Source of the DNA: Schizochytrium sp. TIO01
Taxonomy: Eukaryota; Protista; Bigyra: Labyrinthulomycetes
Length of the DNA: 64,000 nt
NCBI GenBank assembly: GCA_004764695.1
Contig: SMSO01000031.1
Location: 1,216,436-1,280,435, forward strand
Reading direction: 5' to 3'
Position 1 is the stretch's first letter, and each line of letters opens with the position of its first letter. A model generated the notes under the pieces. It saw only the letters and a list, made by a program, of their open reading frames with translations, was not told where the DNA came from and did not search any database. Shown in pieces: positions 30,762-43,248 of this stretch. The position numbers were made by a program, and so were the translations under genes.

Positions 30762-33700
30762 ATGGAGGAGCGTGACGCGTGGAGGTCCTCGCGTACGGGC
30801 CAGAGTGTCTTACGCGACAGTGCGGCTCCCTCGCGCCAGATTCACCTCCACTTGGATCGCCATGGAGGCCTCGAGATGCGCCAGAGTTCAAGAGCTTTAA
30901 ACAGCAGCGACACCGACAGCCACAACGGAAGCGAACACAGCTCGACAAGGCCTCGTGGCACTGAAAAGGACGTGACAGCAGCAATTGCAAGGTGGAGAAA
31001 CTCTCAGAGAGTTCTCAGAGACGCTCCTCGAGGATCGTTTAGACGAGGTCGACCTGGAGGTTTCGTTAGTACAGGTCTTGCTGATGAGGACAGAAATCAT
31101 GAGAATGGTAGAACCTTTGAGGGTTATTTCACCCCTAAAGCTGCAAGAGAACCGTACACAAGTCCCAGAAATGAGGAGATGAGTATCAGGGATATGGAAT
31201 TAGACCGCGGCGGGATGAATATTGGATTTGATAGAAGAAGAACGTTTAGTCAAGGCAGCGAAGCAGGATTAGCAAACCTGAATCCACGACAAAGAAGAAA
31301 CGCGCACAGGGAGGGATCAAAAGGTGCATGGAATCTGAGCCAGAGCTATACATCATTTGATGGAATTGACAGCCGAGAGGCAAAATCAGAGTTTCATCCG
31401 GGGGGGAAGCAGCATCCGTGGCTTCAAGCGATGTGGAATCAACCTTGCAAGAAATTGAAGAAATGCTTCGATCAGGGTCTCAAGCATCGTCCCACCCTGC
31501 AAACACCACTATAGCTGATCCAGACCCAGTATTGATTGGCCAAGTAGTGGCACCGAAAAGTACTGAAGATGAAGTTTCTATGCTATTGGCAAGAGCTCAC
31601 CGCGATGCAGCGTTGGAAATTGCTCGCCAAAGACAGCGTGAGGCCATAGAGCGCTTGCAAGAACAGACACGAGCTATACAACGTAGTCAAATGCAGGATG
31701 AGCTGTCAACCTTGCACCATAACCGCAAGATTTTACGTACATGCTTCGATTGCATGCGCGAGTCAGCTCAATCCCGTCGAGCGCTTAGCCATGCATATAA
31801 GAATACTCTTGCATCTGCATTTCGGTCTTGGGCTTGGCATATCCACCTACGACGTGTAGACGCAATGGGTCAGAAGCTTCACGCGCATCACCTGCAACGA
31901 TGGGCGTTAGGCCGTTGGCGTGAGCGCACTATTCAGAATCTCCGTTTGAAGATTTTGCGGTCTCAGGTAGGATCAAGAACATTGCGCACAACTCTTCAGG
32001 AAAGTTTTGATGCTATTCGTCTTATTGCGAATGAGAACAAAGCGGAAAATGAAAACATTGCAAGAGCTGTTTTATACTGGGGTCGTTTGAGATTGCGAAG
32101 AGGCTTGCGGATCCTTCGAGAATATGCGCATCATCAGAGCATTATGCAGCATCGAATAGATTATGCAATAAAATGGGCAATGGCACGACTACGTCGGCGG
32201 CTATTTCGACAGTGGCGAAAAGGGGTACGGCTAATTCGGCAAGAAAGGGGTGAAGCCAATCTAGCAATGTTACATTTTCGTCGTCGTTATGGACGTATTA
32301 CTATGTCGATTTTGCATAAGCATGCTCAAGCGGAAGTGCAGGCTCGCTCGTTTTTATCTCGTGCGATGGGTTACTGGGAAAAGATCACTCTTCGCCGATT
32401 CTGGGTGGCTTGGCGAGATGGTGTTGCTGCAATGAGTATTGACCGAAGGCTTGGTGAACGTCTGAGATCGCGTCGCCTCCGCGTGGGACTCGCGGCATTA
32501 CAAGAACAGGTTCATCGTGTACATGCAAAGAGACTTTCCAAGGCACTGAAATTTCGAACGTCATGGTCGCTCGGGTTAGCTTTGCGCGCCTGGGCAAATC
32601 TTGCCGGATCTCAGCGAAGTTTTCGAATGGAAAACTTTCAGGCTTTCGTATTCCGACGCAACCGAAGAATTTTGTATGAAGCCTTCTTACTATGGACTCG
32701 ATGGACTGTGAGAACTCAGGCAGAAAGAAAAATTGACCAGAAGATGCGTTCATTTTATCTGCGAGCTGCATTGAAAAGAATAGAAGCACAGTTGCAAAAG
32801 GAAATCGACCTATGCTCTCGAACAAGAGCCGTTCAAGTGCGCGTGGGAAACATAAAAAAGAAACGTGCTCTTTTTGCACTAGGTCAATATTGTGCAAATG
32901 AGAGAAGGCGTGGCATGGTTGCAGGGTTAATTGACCGACAGATAATTAAACGATGCTGGCGTCAATGGTTAGCTTATGTCTTAGAAACATTGAAAGAACG
33001 GCAACTGCAAGCAGTTGCCGCATCATGGAATCGTGAGAATTTTCTACGAAGGGCTTTGCAGAGCTTGCGGACTATGGTAAAGAGTCATCGGAGGCTAGCA
33101 TTAGCTTACGCTCGCGGGGAGCGTTGTTTACTTCAACGTATGGTCAGTGGTTGGCGTATTGCTATACATCAACAATATGCAGAGGCTTTTGCTTCCCGTT
33201 TTTGGGCTCGCAGAAACCTTCGTCTGGGCTTGAAACGTCTGCAAGACCAAATTCCACGAGAGCGTCTCCATCGCGCACTAGACGAGGAGGTAAATATTTG
33301 GCATCGCAAATATAAGTCTCGTCAGGCATTGTTGCAATTGCATAGGCTTGTCAAAGAGCGAAAGCTAGCGTGCAAAAGAGCAAAAGCCATGGCAATCGTG
33401 CGAATCAGGCTGGGCTTCCATTGTTTGAGATCAAAAACTCATTCGCGTAATGTGCTACGCAAATCAATGGAAAAGGCTACCTTGGAAGATCGCAAACGGT
33501 GTCTGTGTAGAGGCTTCAACATGCTTCGGCAGAAGTCTCAGCTGCAGGTTCAGGCAAAAGAGCGGCAAAAGCTCGCTATTCTCTATGACCAAGGAGGGGT
33601 TCTACATCGCACACTCGCACATTTGCACAAATATGCACGTGTGCGAATCAACTTGCGTTCGAGATATGAGGCATTTATAATAATGCGCAATGGGCGTACG

Positions 33701-34453
33701 CTTCAACGTTATTTTGTAGCATGGAGACACGCGTCTGGAAATGAGCGTCAGTTACGATCAATGGAGATCGTTCTTCGTCTCAAGTTTGCATGGCGAGCAA
33801 AACAGCTTGCTTTGGATGCGCTTCGAAAGCATGCAGATGAGGCTGCGCTAATGCATCGTGCATGTGAGCATTTTCGCGTTAAGTTCACCAGATTACATTG
33901 GCAAGCATGGCGTGAGTATTATCGATTCGTACGTCCAGTAGAGTCAAATTTTGCGAGAGAACGCGCTCGCGTTGTTCTTTGGAAATGGCGGCGATTCATG
34001 TACCGACGCCGGGCTGAGCGCAAGGCAGCATGGTTTTTGATGATTGCAATTGAGCAAGCTCGATTGAGATGCGGCTTCGATGCTTGGAAGGGGGAGACAA
34101 TTCGTCGAGCGCTAGATGATGCTGTGTACGATTTACAGGAGTCTAGCACATTACATTGGGCTTTTCGACGTTGGGAGGAGTCTACCAGTCTAGGGAAGCT
34201 ACAACGTGTACAATCTGTGCTAGGTATTCTTCATTGGCGGACGAAGATGCTGAGAATACATTTGCGTGCATGGCGTATATATTGTGAAGAGCAGCAGTAT
34301 GTCATTGCTGCAGATGCCTATGCCAAAGGAAAATGTCTGTTTCGTGCGTTTAGCGGCTGGCGAGAACTTATATATCCTCCACCTCTACATTTGAATGATG
34401 ATAGGGACAAGTCTCCTCATTTCGTTCGGAGTCTTCGTGTGAATATTCACTAG
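30762..34453 (+). CDS. Sfi1-like centrin-binding repeat protein (~1,230 aa if the two ORFs are joined at the G7 run 31400-31406)
   Basis: At least 15 Arg-rich helical repeats ending [F/L/W]xxW[R/K/A] (AFRSWAW, LFRQWRK, FWVAWRD, YFVAWRH, GFDAWKG, AFRRWEE, AFSGWRE), matching the Sfi1 repeat pattern; ORFs 30762-31514 and 31418-34453 overlap in -1 frame. Confidence 0.82.
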
Positions 34454-35373
34454 AAACCATTTGAGGAAGGAGCGGCTTTAATTGGGTGTACTTTTTATGT
34501 TTTTTTGTGTTTTTTTGTGTCTGCCGCCTACGAATTTCGAAGATGCGCCGAGCAGGATTATATGTCAGATCCGCATATGTTTATAGGTTGCACGTTTCTT
34601 GGGTGCATAGACGATTATTACAACTTTCGGTCAGATTGCCTTGGTTATAAGTTTTTAGTTTTTTAGGAAAAAGTACAAATGAAGAACATGAAGAAGAATT
34701 AGATGTAAAATTATAAAAGTTATTTTGCACAATGTAGGAGAAGACATGCAACTGAAGGTGGTTAGTTGGTTGTGATCTGGGTTTCTATTACACAGAGACT
34801 TTGTCAAATTGGAAATTGTAGAAAAATGAGGCCTTGCCGGTGCGCTGCATGTCCCGTACTTAGCATTGAGCGAGTGAGAACTCGTGTGGCTGAGATGGCC
34901 ACTCATGTCCTAATGATATGGAAGACTAGCCTGATATAAAAAGAAAGTTGAGCCCAGTAATTAAATTCATAGAAAGAAAAAATAAAATCCAAGGATAGGT
35001 CTGGGCTACTGAATAGACCAGGTTCAATGCCACATTGTAACTAAGAATATCTGGTCTCATCTCCGAGTAAGCGAAGAAGAAATGGAATACAACAGTAATA
35101 AGGGTGATTTCAGGCGTAAGAGGTGGTGGCTTCTATTGGACAGTAGCAGCATTTGCAGCAATTATTTATTTGCTCTTTACTCGTGGGGCTTGTGAACGGA
35201 TGGATTGGAATGTTTGCTATGATGATCTGATCCAACCGGTTTCACCTGCAGAGAAGGTTAAGCTTTTACACAAAAAGGGCGGGGATGAAATGGTGTAAGG
35301 AAAACTTCGTCCAGAGATAAAATGGAATGTGTCGGCGGGTGGGAATGTGATTGTGTGTGGTATGTGTTTTTGA

Positions 35374-37299
35374 TCAGGAATAATACGAGCGAGCTCCACC
35401 AAAATCTGTCAACGGCTTGTGACGCACCACACGATTCATGCTATCATCATCGGATGCAGGGAGTCCAGAGCTCTGCTGCAAGACATCATGGAAATTGCGT
35501 TTGAGGCCCGACTGTGAGATTCCAACAGAATCATAAGATGCGAGGCTTTGGTATGGGTCCTGCGACGAAGGTTGGTGAACTGCTTGCTGCTGCTGAGCAT
35601 TATATTGTGAAACTCCAGTGCGGTCATACGGTGCTCCGAATGCAGCTGTCTGCCACATGGACAAAGGTTGGTGCTGAGTATTCCGCGGAGACATTACCAT
35701 AGAGAGATGGTGAGGATTGTTGTCAAAGTTTGCAGCTGCGAAGTAGTTTGGATCTTGAGCGTGCTGGGTTCCAGCGAGGCCAGGGATGCCGCCATAGGAA
35801 GAAGCAAGTTGTGAAAAGAGTCGGGGTTCACCAACAGGGGACGGCTGCTGTTCATGAACGTTCCAGTCGTGAGCCGTCGAATCATTACCGGGACGGTCTT
35901 GACGAGCCTGATCTGCGGCAGGGTTATTGTTAAGAAAAGGGGACATGATATTTCCGGTAGGCATCATCTGTTGCAGGTTGTGAGGCCACGCTTGGATAAA
36001 ACGCTCATTGCTGATGCGTGTGCGATCAGGGTTAGTCTCATTAGTGGGCTCTTCATGCATGGAGAGAAGATGCGGTCCTTCGTAGGGCGATCGGCGGCTC
36101 ATGGCGGATTGCGGACTAGCTTTGTTTGAGTCAGATAAATCGTTTGCGGCAGACATTGTGGACTGAAGAAGGGTCTGTTTGTCAAAGGATGGGAGGCCCT
36201 GAAAGCCCTTAGGATCAAGAGAAATACGCGAGGAGGTAGCTCCTGTAGCACCTGTGGGTGATGAAGAGGAGGAGGAGGAGGACGATGCTGATGCAGGGTT
36301 AAGAGCTTGCTCGCGGCGCCTTGCCGAGTCCGTGGCTTGTGCTGCAGCTCGCATGCGTTGCATGTGCTGTTGGCGACTCGTCAAGTTTGCAGAAGCACTC
36401 GGGTCCAGAGACGCTGGAAGTCCAGTGGCCTTGGCAGCTGCTGCGGCGACCTGGGGGCTGCCAACGTCGAGAAAGAAGTTGAGCATTTCTTGAAAGCTTG
36501 CACCCGACTTTGAATTTCCAGACTCACGCCGGCGCTTGGCCTTTTCCGATGCGACCCTGTGCAAGAGGATTTCAAAGGCACGCGGGTCAGTAAACTCTTC
36601 CTTTGTTTCTGCAGATCTGTAGCAGAGGTGTTCCAGCGCAACGAGAACCCTGTACTCCCTTCTTTCGTCTCGGTTCTTGCTTCCCTGCCTGAAGATGGTG
36701 GCAATTCGTTTGGCAGCCTCAACTCTAATCTCTACATCTTTCGCAGGATTCTGCCAGGAACCCGCAGATCCACCTCCCAGAGCGGTGTCATTCTGAGAGT
36801 CAGTCATCTTTGCATCGTCGTCTTCGTCTTCGTCGTCGTTGTTGTTGTTGTTGTTGTTATTGGCAGCGCTGTTGTTATTGTTGCCACGGTTATTGGTGTT
36901 ACCAGAGCTGCTGCTATTATTGTTGTTGTTGTTGCTGCTATTATTGCTGTTGTTGTTGTTGTTATTGTTGTTAATATTCGTAGAACTGTTGTTGCCGACG
37001 GATGAAGAAGCCGTGCTGCTGCGCCTGCTAGAATCCGAAGGCTTGCTGGTCTGGAGTTGCTGTGACTGCTGATGGGAGGAAGATCCGGAGGATGCCGAGG
37101 GTGCCGACGGCAGCAGGGGATTTGGGTTTGGGATTTGCTGCAAGTTCGACGTCTGCTGGACGAGACGTGGGTTAACAAAGATGTTATGCGGGTGAGCTCT
37201 GCCGGCCACACTCAGGTACGCGTCAGGATTGAGGTTCATGCCGAGACGCTGGTACTGAAGGTGCGGTTCGGAGCTCTGTTCCAAAGCAGCGAGACTCAT
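35374..37299 (-). CDS. KIX-domain (Med15/CBP-type) low-complexity protein, putative transcriptional coactivator or adaptor (641 aa)
   Basis: SWQNPAKDVEIRVEAAKRIATIF...LEHLCYRSAETKEEFTDPRAFEILLHRV (36759-36541) fits the KIX pattern W..D..R...I...LE..LY..A.S.EEY.D..TL..RL; flanks are polyN, polyS and Q/P-rich. Confidence 0.85.
   Translation of the reverse strand: MSLAALEQSSEPHLQYQRLGMNLNPDAYLSVAGRAHPHNIFVNPRLVQQTSNLQQIPNPNPLLPSAPSASSGSSSHQQSQQLQTSKPSDSSRRSSTASSSVGNNSSTNINNNNNNNNSNNSSNNNNNNSSSSGNTNNRGNNNNSAANNNNNNNNDDEDEDDDAKMTDSQNDTALGGGSAGSWQNPAKDVEIRVEAAKRIATIFRQGSKNRDERREYRVLVALEHLCYRSAETKEEFTDPRAFEILLHRVASEKAKRRRESGNSKSGASFQEMLNFFLDVGSPQVAAAAAKATGLPASLDPSASANLTSRQQHMQRMRAAAQATDSARRREQALNPASASSSSSSSSSPTGATGATSSRISLDPKGFQGLPSFDKQTLLQSTMSAANDLSDSNKASPQSAMSRRSPYEGPHLLSMHEEPTNETNPDRTRISNERFIQAWPHNLQQMMPTGNIMSPFLNNNPAADQARQDRPGNDSTAHDWNVHEQQPSPVGEPRLFSQLASSYGGIPGLAGTQHAQDPNYFAAANFDNNPHHLSMVMSPRNTQHQPLSMWQTAAFGAPYDRTGVSQYNAQQQQAVHQPSSQDPYQSLASYDSVGISQSGLKRNFHDVLQQSSGLPASDDDSMNRVVRHKPLTDFGGARSYYS
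36839..36976 (-). repeat. Coding (AAC/AAT)n poly-Asn tracts
   Basis: gttgttgtt runs on the + strand; NNNN tracts in the ORF. Confidence 0.9.
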
Positions 37300-37939
37300 G
37301 CCGTCCTGGTCAGCACTTTGATGAGATCCCTTCAGACACGCTGCTGCTTCTGCTGCTTCTGCTATCCCTCTGCTCCTGCTACCGGCTTTGGTCGCTGTAC
37401 TCTTGGTTTTGCCTCAGGTCTCGCAGAAGACTGTCTGGTCTTCTTTCGGTACGCTGTTCTCCCTGAAGATCTATCTTGCCTCGCAGGACCCAGACCCAAC
37501 CGGTGTTGTTGTGCTGAGGGAGGAATGGATCGTAAGCTCAGATGAGGCGAGCTCCTCTGTTAAGTTAAGTTAAGTTAAGTTATGGCTTGTGTATTCTGTG
37601 CTTGCGAGTTTGCTTTGCGTGCCTGAGAGCAAGCCAAGCAAGCCCGTGCCAGCGACGATGCAGCGCCTGTTGCCGCCTCTGCCGCCAATTGAATTTGCTG
37701 CCGCTGCGGCACGGCAAGAAGCGAGCGAGACGCAAGCAAGTATGAACTGAGAGGGAGAGAGAGTACTCAGCAGTAGTACTTGATTGATTGGCAAATTCGT
37801 CTTTGGAGCAAAAGAAAGCGAAGAAGAACAAGAGGATGGAAACGAGAGAATGATATTTGATATTTGCCGGGGCAAGTGAGACGGGGCTTCTTGTTTTTTC
37901 TTTTTCTTCTTCGAACTTGTTTTAGGACCACATTTTGAT

Positions 37940-37998
37940 TCTTTCTTTCTTTCTTTCTTTCTCTCTTACTTACTCACTTACTCACTTACTTACTTACA

Positions 37999-38043
<45 letters not shown>

Positions 38044-38180
38044 TCTTACTTAATGACTTACTTCCTTTCTTCCTTTCTCAATGACTTACTTACTTACTTT
38101 CTTTCTTACTTACTTAATGACTTACTTAATGACTTAATGACTTACTTACTCACTTACATACTTACTTTTTTCTTTCTTTC
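37940..38180. repeat. Compound (TTTC)n/(TTAC)n microsatellite
   Basis: Seen directly. Confidence 0.9.
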
Positions 38181-41019
38181 ATCTTATTTTCATCTTTCTT
38201 TGCTGCTGAGCCTTCCTTCCTCTGAGGCAGCTCACTTTCTTTTTTCTTCTATTTTCCTTTTCTTCTTTTCTGTTGTTTTTGCCAACTCTTTATTTTATAA
38301 AGTTGTTTGTTTGTTTATTTATTTGTTCGTTTGTTTTACATAGAATGGAAGAAAATGAAAAAGGAAGAATCGTGGGAGAATGAAAGATCGAACGAACGAT
38401 AGAAAGTATGAAAGGAAAGAAAGACTTTTTAATAAATCCTTAAGCGAGCATTCACGCAACTTTGAACAAAGGAACTGATTGATTGTCAATCACTTTGTGA
38501 GGAGAAGGAGGAGTCGATGGTACACAGAGAGAGGGGTGAGATAGATATAGATAGAGGGAGAGAGGGGGAGAAGAGGTGTTCATAAAGAATGCCTCAAAAA
38601 AAGAAAAAAAAAAAAAAGAAAGCTAAAGCTCAAGAATGGCAAAGAGTCAACACCATTTCGTTAGTTTTATTCAGCCTTCGTGAAGATTGAGGTTTTCTGT
38701 CAGTTCTCCATTATTCTTAAAAATAAATTTAAAAAATTCCAAATTCCAGGTGAAGGTTTGCTCTTCGGTGAAAAAAACAAAACAAAACAAAAAAACAATC
38801 TTTCACCTCTGATTCATTAAAGAACGAGAACTGTTCTACTTAGTTTGGTTGAAAGTTTTTCCTTTTTCTTCAAGATGCAGTAGTACGAGCTGTTTGTTCT
38901 TCCTCCGTCGCTCATCAGATGCTCCAGTACTCGGCAACAGTGCGAGTCAGCCCCTCCTTGAGCACTCATTCCTTACCCCCTCACTGTCACTCACTCTCCA
39001 AACTCGCTCGTGCAGGCAGGAGGAGAAGAGAGACCAAGTGCTCTCTCAGCTAATCTTCTCTCTTTAAAAAAAAAAAATCAATCGAACAAGAACCCAAAGG
39101 CAGTCTCACCTCTTTTTACTTATACATGCTTACTACGAAGCACGGGTCTTAAACTTTTAATTCCTCTCAGTCTTGATCAAATACTAAGCTAAGATATCTT
39201 CGAATGAAGGTGCTTTCCTTCAGGGTGGGAGGTAGCCGCAGCGGTAGGAGGTATCTAGTACCTGGAAAAAGATAAATGGCGGTGGAACTCGCCTAAAAAG
39301 AGGAAGGCCTCCTCGTAATGCGTAGTCCTTACTACCTCTGCGGCGTGTTTGAGAGGAACTCACTTTATTTATAATTCAAAAGATGAGCTTGTTTATTACC
39401 TTTGTCGATCAAAAGTTAAAGAAAGGCGCTTCGATTTTATTTTTAGAAAAAGGTTCTTCTTCTGTAGTAGTAGTCAGAAACTTTCACAGCGTTCTTTTCT
39501 TGCGGGAATTCTTCGTTCCAATCATTAACGTCTTTTCTTGACTTGAATATATATGGCTCTGCGGTTTTTGCAATTCGCGTGCTCGCTATCTCTGTTGTCT
39601 CTTCGCTTGAGTGAGTGGCGGTACTTCTTACTCACTTTTGCTCGCGGCCGCATGCAATTTACAAAGAACAGGCAAAGAGACCAAGCGAAAGCAATGATGC
39701 GAGTCGACAAAAGGTCGTGCATGTCATGCAATGAATGATCGATGCACTCTGTCTGCTGTTCCTCCCTTCTTTCCCTAAAAGTTATTTTGAGTCTCAGATA
39801 AACAAACAATAAAAAAAAAAATAAGCAATTGCTTTTTCCGCTGACCTATTACTAATTTCTTTTCTAAAAAATCGTTTACCCTTTGCCCTTTTCAATTTTA
39901 ATTCTCAGTGGTGAGGTGAACATGGGTTGACCCACCTCAGCTCAGATCTTCCCATACCGTGGGGAGTCATCCATCCAAAGTGGTCCTTGAGAAACAAGCG
40001 CCGCAATAGCGAATGCGACCTCCTGGACCTTTCAATAGAGGTGCTGTGTAGGTAGGTATTGCAAGTTTCTCAAAGTTTTAGTTTTGATTTTCAGAGAATA
40101 GTCAAGAAGAAGAACAAGAAAGCTCTTTTTAATTTAAAAGGGTGATGAACATTAGAGGAGCAATCGAGCATTACAAAGAGAGGGTCTGTCTGTAAACAAA
40201 CAAAAGGAAAAGAGTATCGTAGGATCGAATAGCGAATTGTGGAAAGTCAGGAATGATCGAAAGGAACCTTCAACTCACAAAAAGCCTTCACCATACACTA
40301 CGTAGGTACCACCTCCATATCTCACGATAGATGAAACTTTAAATGTATTATTACCAGCTCCAGAGAGATAAAAAGTGGATCGTGAGTTAATACAACTAGG
40401 TTTATAAGAAAGGAATTTACAAAGAAAGAAAGAGTAAATGAATGAATGAATGAAAAAAGGAAAAAGGTCTTATTCTTTTTACCTATTGGATTGACTTATT
40501 ACTCTGTTCTCAAATGAGGCCCTCAAAGAAAGAACGGGAGAGCGGTTCAAAGAAACGAGGGACGAAATGGAACGTGCGAAGCAACGAGGAAAGAACAGTT
40601 CTTCCTTTCTTTCAAATTTCTTTCTTTCCGTCTATCGTAGGTAATGTACATACATGCGTATTTCTTCTTTTCAAAAGAAAAACGAGCAAAAGAAAGAACT
40701 CCCCAAATCATTCAATCGATCAAAGTGTTTGAAATCGACGCATTAAGTCCAAGGCCTTTCTTCATCTGCTGCACCGAAAGCCGTGGTTTTCCGAGGCTTT
40801 AAAGCTGTGATGAGAGCATCTCAAGAGCCCGAAGTTCAAGATTCTTAGAAAGGCAACAACCTTCCTAGCTACTCGTTCCTTTCCTTAAAGCCATATTTTT
40901 ATTTATTTTAAAACTCAATCTCAAAATAGCAAAGTAAAACAATTTAGTTAGTTTATGATACCAAACTGCAATATATACGCAAGGCAATGAATGTTTGGGA
41001 ATATATGAACGGCAATGAT

Positions 41020-41064
41020 GGATGAATGAATGAATGAATGAATGAATGAATGAATGAATGAATG
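41020..41064. repeat. (GAAT)n microsatellite
   Basis: Seen directly. Confidence 0.9.
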
Positions 41065-41531
41065 CTTAGTAGTCGAAGTAAAGAGAAGGAAGCACCGGAG
41101 GAGCACGATGACCCTGTGTGAGAATTCCTGCTTCGGAGCCCTACTCTGCTTCTTGAAACGAGGTAACTTTCGAGGTTGCGCTTGAAATCCAAGTCCAAAC
41201 AAACCCGCGTGGATCTTGACACGAACTCCTTGAAACTAGATTGGCCAAGGGCCTCCTCTCCGAGTCTCTAGCTACTGCGTCTTGAAAGTTCAGGTCGAAC
41301 TAGCTCGAGGTCGTTCCCAGGAAAAGGACTCGGCTCCTTAATAGTTTCGTACTTTCTTGGCGCTATACTTTACAGTAGGGCGCTCTATCTGTAGCGGAGT
41401 ACAGATACTCAGTTATAGTTGTTGGCCAATCACCGATCTCGAAGAAAGAAGCGAGTTCGCACGTCGATCATAACATCGCAATTATGGCGCTCGCAGCACC
41501 TTTATTAAGAGCTACTTAGGCAGCAGCTCTC

Positions 41532-41747
41532 TTGATTGATCGATCGATCGATCGATTTAATTATTTATTACATTGATTGATCTATTGCATTGATTGATCT
41601 ATGCATTGATTGATCTATTACATTGATTGATCGATTTAATTATTTATTACATTTATTGATCCATTACATTGATTGATTGATTGAGATTGATTGATTGATT
41701 GAGATTGATTGATTGAGATTGATTGATTGATTGAAGTATTGATTGAT
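41532..41747. repeat. Compound (GATT)/(GATC) satellite with repeated cattgattgatctat units
   Basis: Seen directly. Confidence 0.85.
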
Positions 41748-43184
41748 CGCAGGAACTCTTCATTCAGGTGGAAGCAGTTCGCGAATCAAATGGGTACGAG
41801 AAGTCTTCGTTTCATCATTTTATTTTTTGTTGGAGGATAAAGCAGCGAATAAGAGCCAAGAGCACTTGATTTGCACTCAGTCGGTCAGTCGCCGATTGAT
41901 TCCAAGACCTCAAAATCTAATCAGGGCCTTTTCGGGGGCCGTGCGGATGGACGCCATATGCGCTTAAGCGCTTACTGCATGCTTGCTGATTCGCAGGAGA
42001 ATCACATCGATTCGGTGAGTCAGTCCTTCATTGACTCATTTGTCATCTCCACATATACAACTCAGTCACAGTTCTGTCATTCCACAGCGCAATTCGTTCA
42101 TCCATCCCTCACTCGAACCCAATGGTCGTAAGATTGCCTTTGCTTTGCAAGGGAATGGATTCTTGAAATAGCTTCACAGCTGTTCTCTTACGCATTCCTC
42201 AGTCGGCAGTCAGCACGGATGTATGAATGAATGCATGAATCTACGATTGATCGATGTGATGGACCAATACTAAGCAAACAAGAACTCGCAAACGAGAGCT
42301 CAGACCGGCAGAGCAATGCAAAGGAACCCAGAGAAGCCAAAGCTGTTTCCTTCCTGGCTCCGTAGCTATCTATAGCTTTCTCTATGCAGCTTGTTCGGTG
42401 CCGGTCTTGGCTTATGGAGTTCCCGTCTTTGCTTGTGGCCATCGCAGCTGAGGTCGCGCCTGCTCCATCATCGAGAGCAAATGCCAAACTATTTGGCTGC
42501 TATTTTCAAGGCAGAGGAAGCATCCCCGAAGAAGAAGAGGCTTAGACCATCGAAACGATAGCGAACTTCGAAGAAGAAGAACGACTGATAGATGAAGAAA
42601 GCGAAGACTTTGCCTCGACTTTTCATCACTATGCTATTGTCAGTGTAGTACATTTTATAAAGAACTTTTCATCACAAAGGAAGTCTTAAAACTTATTCGA
42701 TGATCAAATAATAACAACAATAATAATAATAAGAAGAAGAAGATGGCGGCCCTGGTAGATTGCGGGGAGATAGGTGGATGAATATGCGCTGCTATATATA
42801 TGCATATACATCATATACTGCTGGAAGCGAAGGGCTTTGGCTGGCTAGCGTCGAAGTAGCGCTGGCTAACTAACGAACTAGCACCTATCTGTGCACGCAC
42901 GAGCCCACTTTTGTAGGTTTCTGCTTTCTTTGCCTCGCTTTCTTTTGTTAATTCCTGCTTCTTCGCCTTCTTCTCTTTGCTTTGCATGATGTGTATGTAT
43001 GTATGTATGTAAGTTCGGAAAAAAGGAGACTAATAAGAGACAGAAAGAAGAACGAACTGTATAAAGGAGATGAAAGGATGAATTGACTGGTGCCTCCGTT
43101 GGGCGTTGATTGTTGAAAAGGACGCTGGGCACAGCGTGTGTTCTGCGCTCCTCCACCGATCGTATGTGGGTTTCTCGCTTGATA

Positions 43185-43185
<1 letters not shown>

Positions 43186-43222
<37 letters not shown>

Positions 43223-43248
43223 GTATTGATTGATTGATTGATTGATTG
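43186..43248. repeat. (GATT)n microsatellite
   Basis: Seen directly. Confidence 0.9.

Noticed and set aside
31400-31410. Programmed -1 ribosomal frameshifting as a shared system with the anoctamin site
   Set aside because: Neither site has a canonical slippery heptamer with A/U in the YYY position; homopolymer deletion error is simpler. Kept only as a testable alternative.
36559-37545. Poly-V, poly-L and poly-T ORFs overlapping the KIX gene
   Set aside because: Alternative-frame translations of the AAC/GTT triplet repeats.
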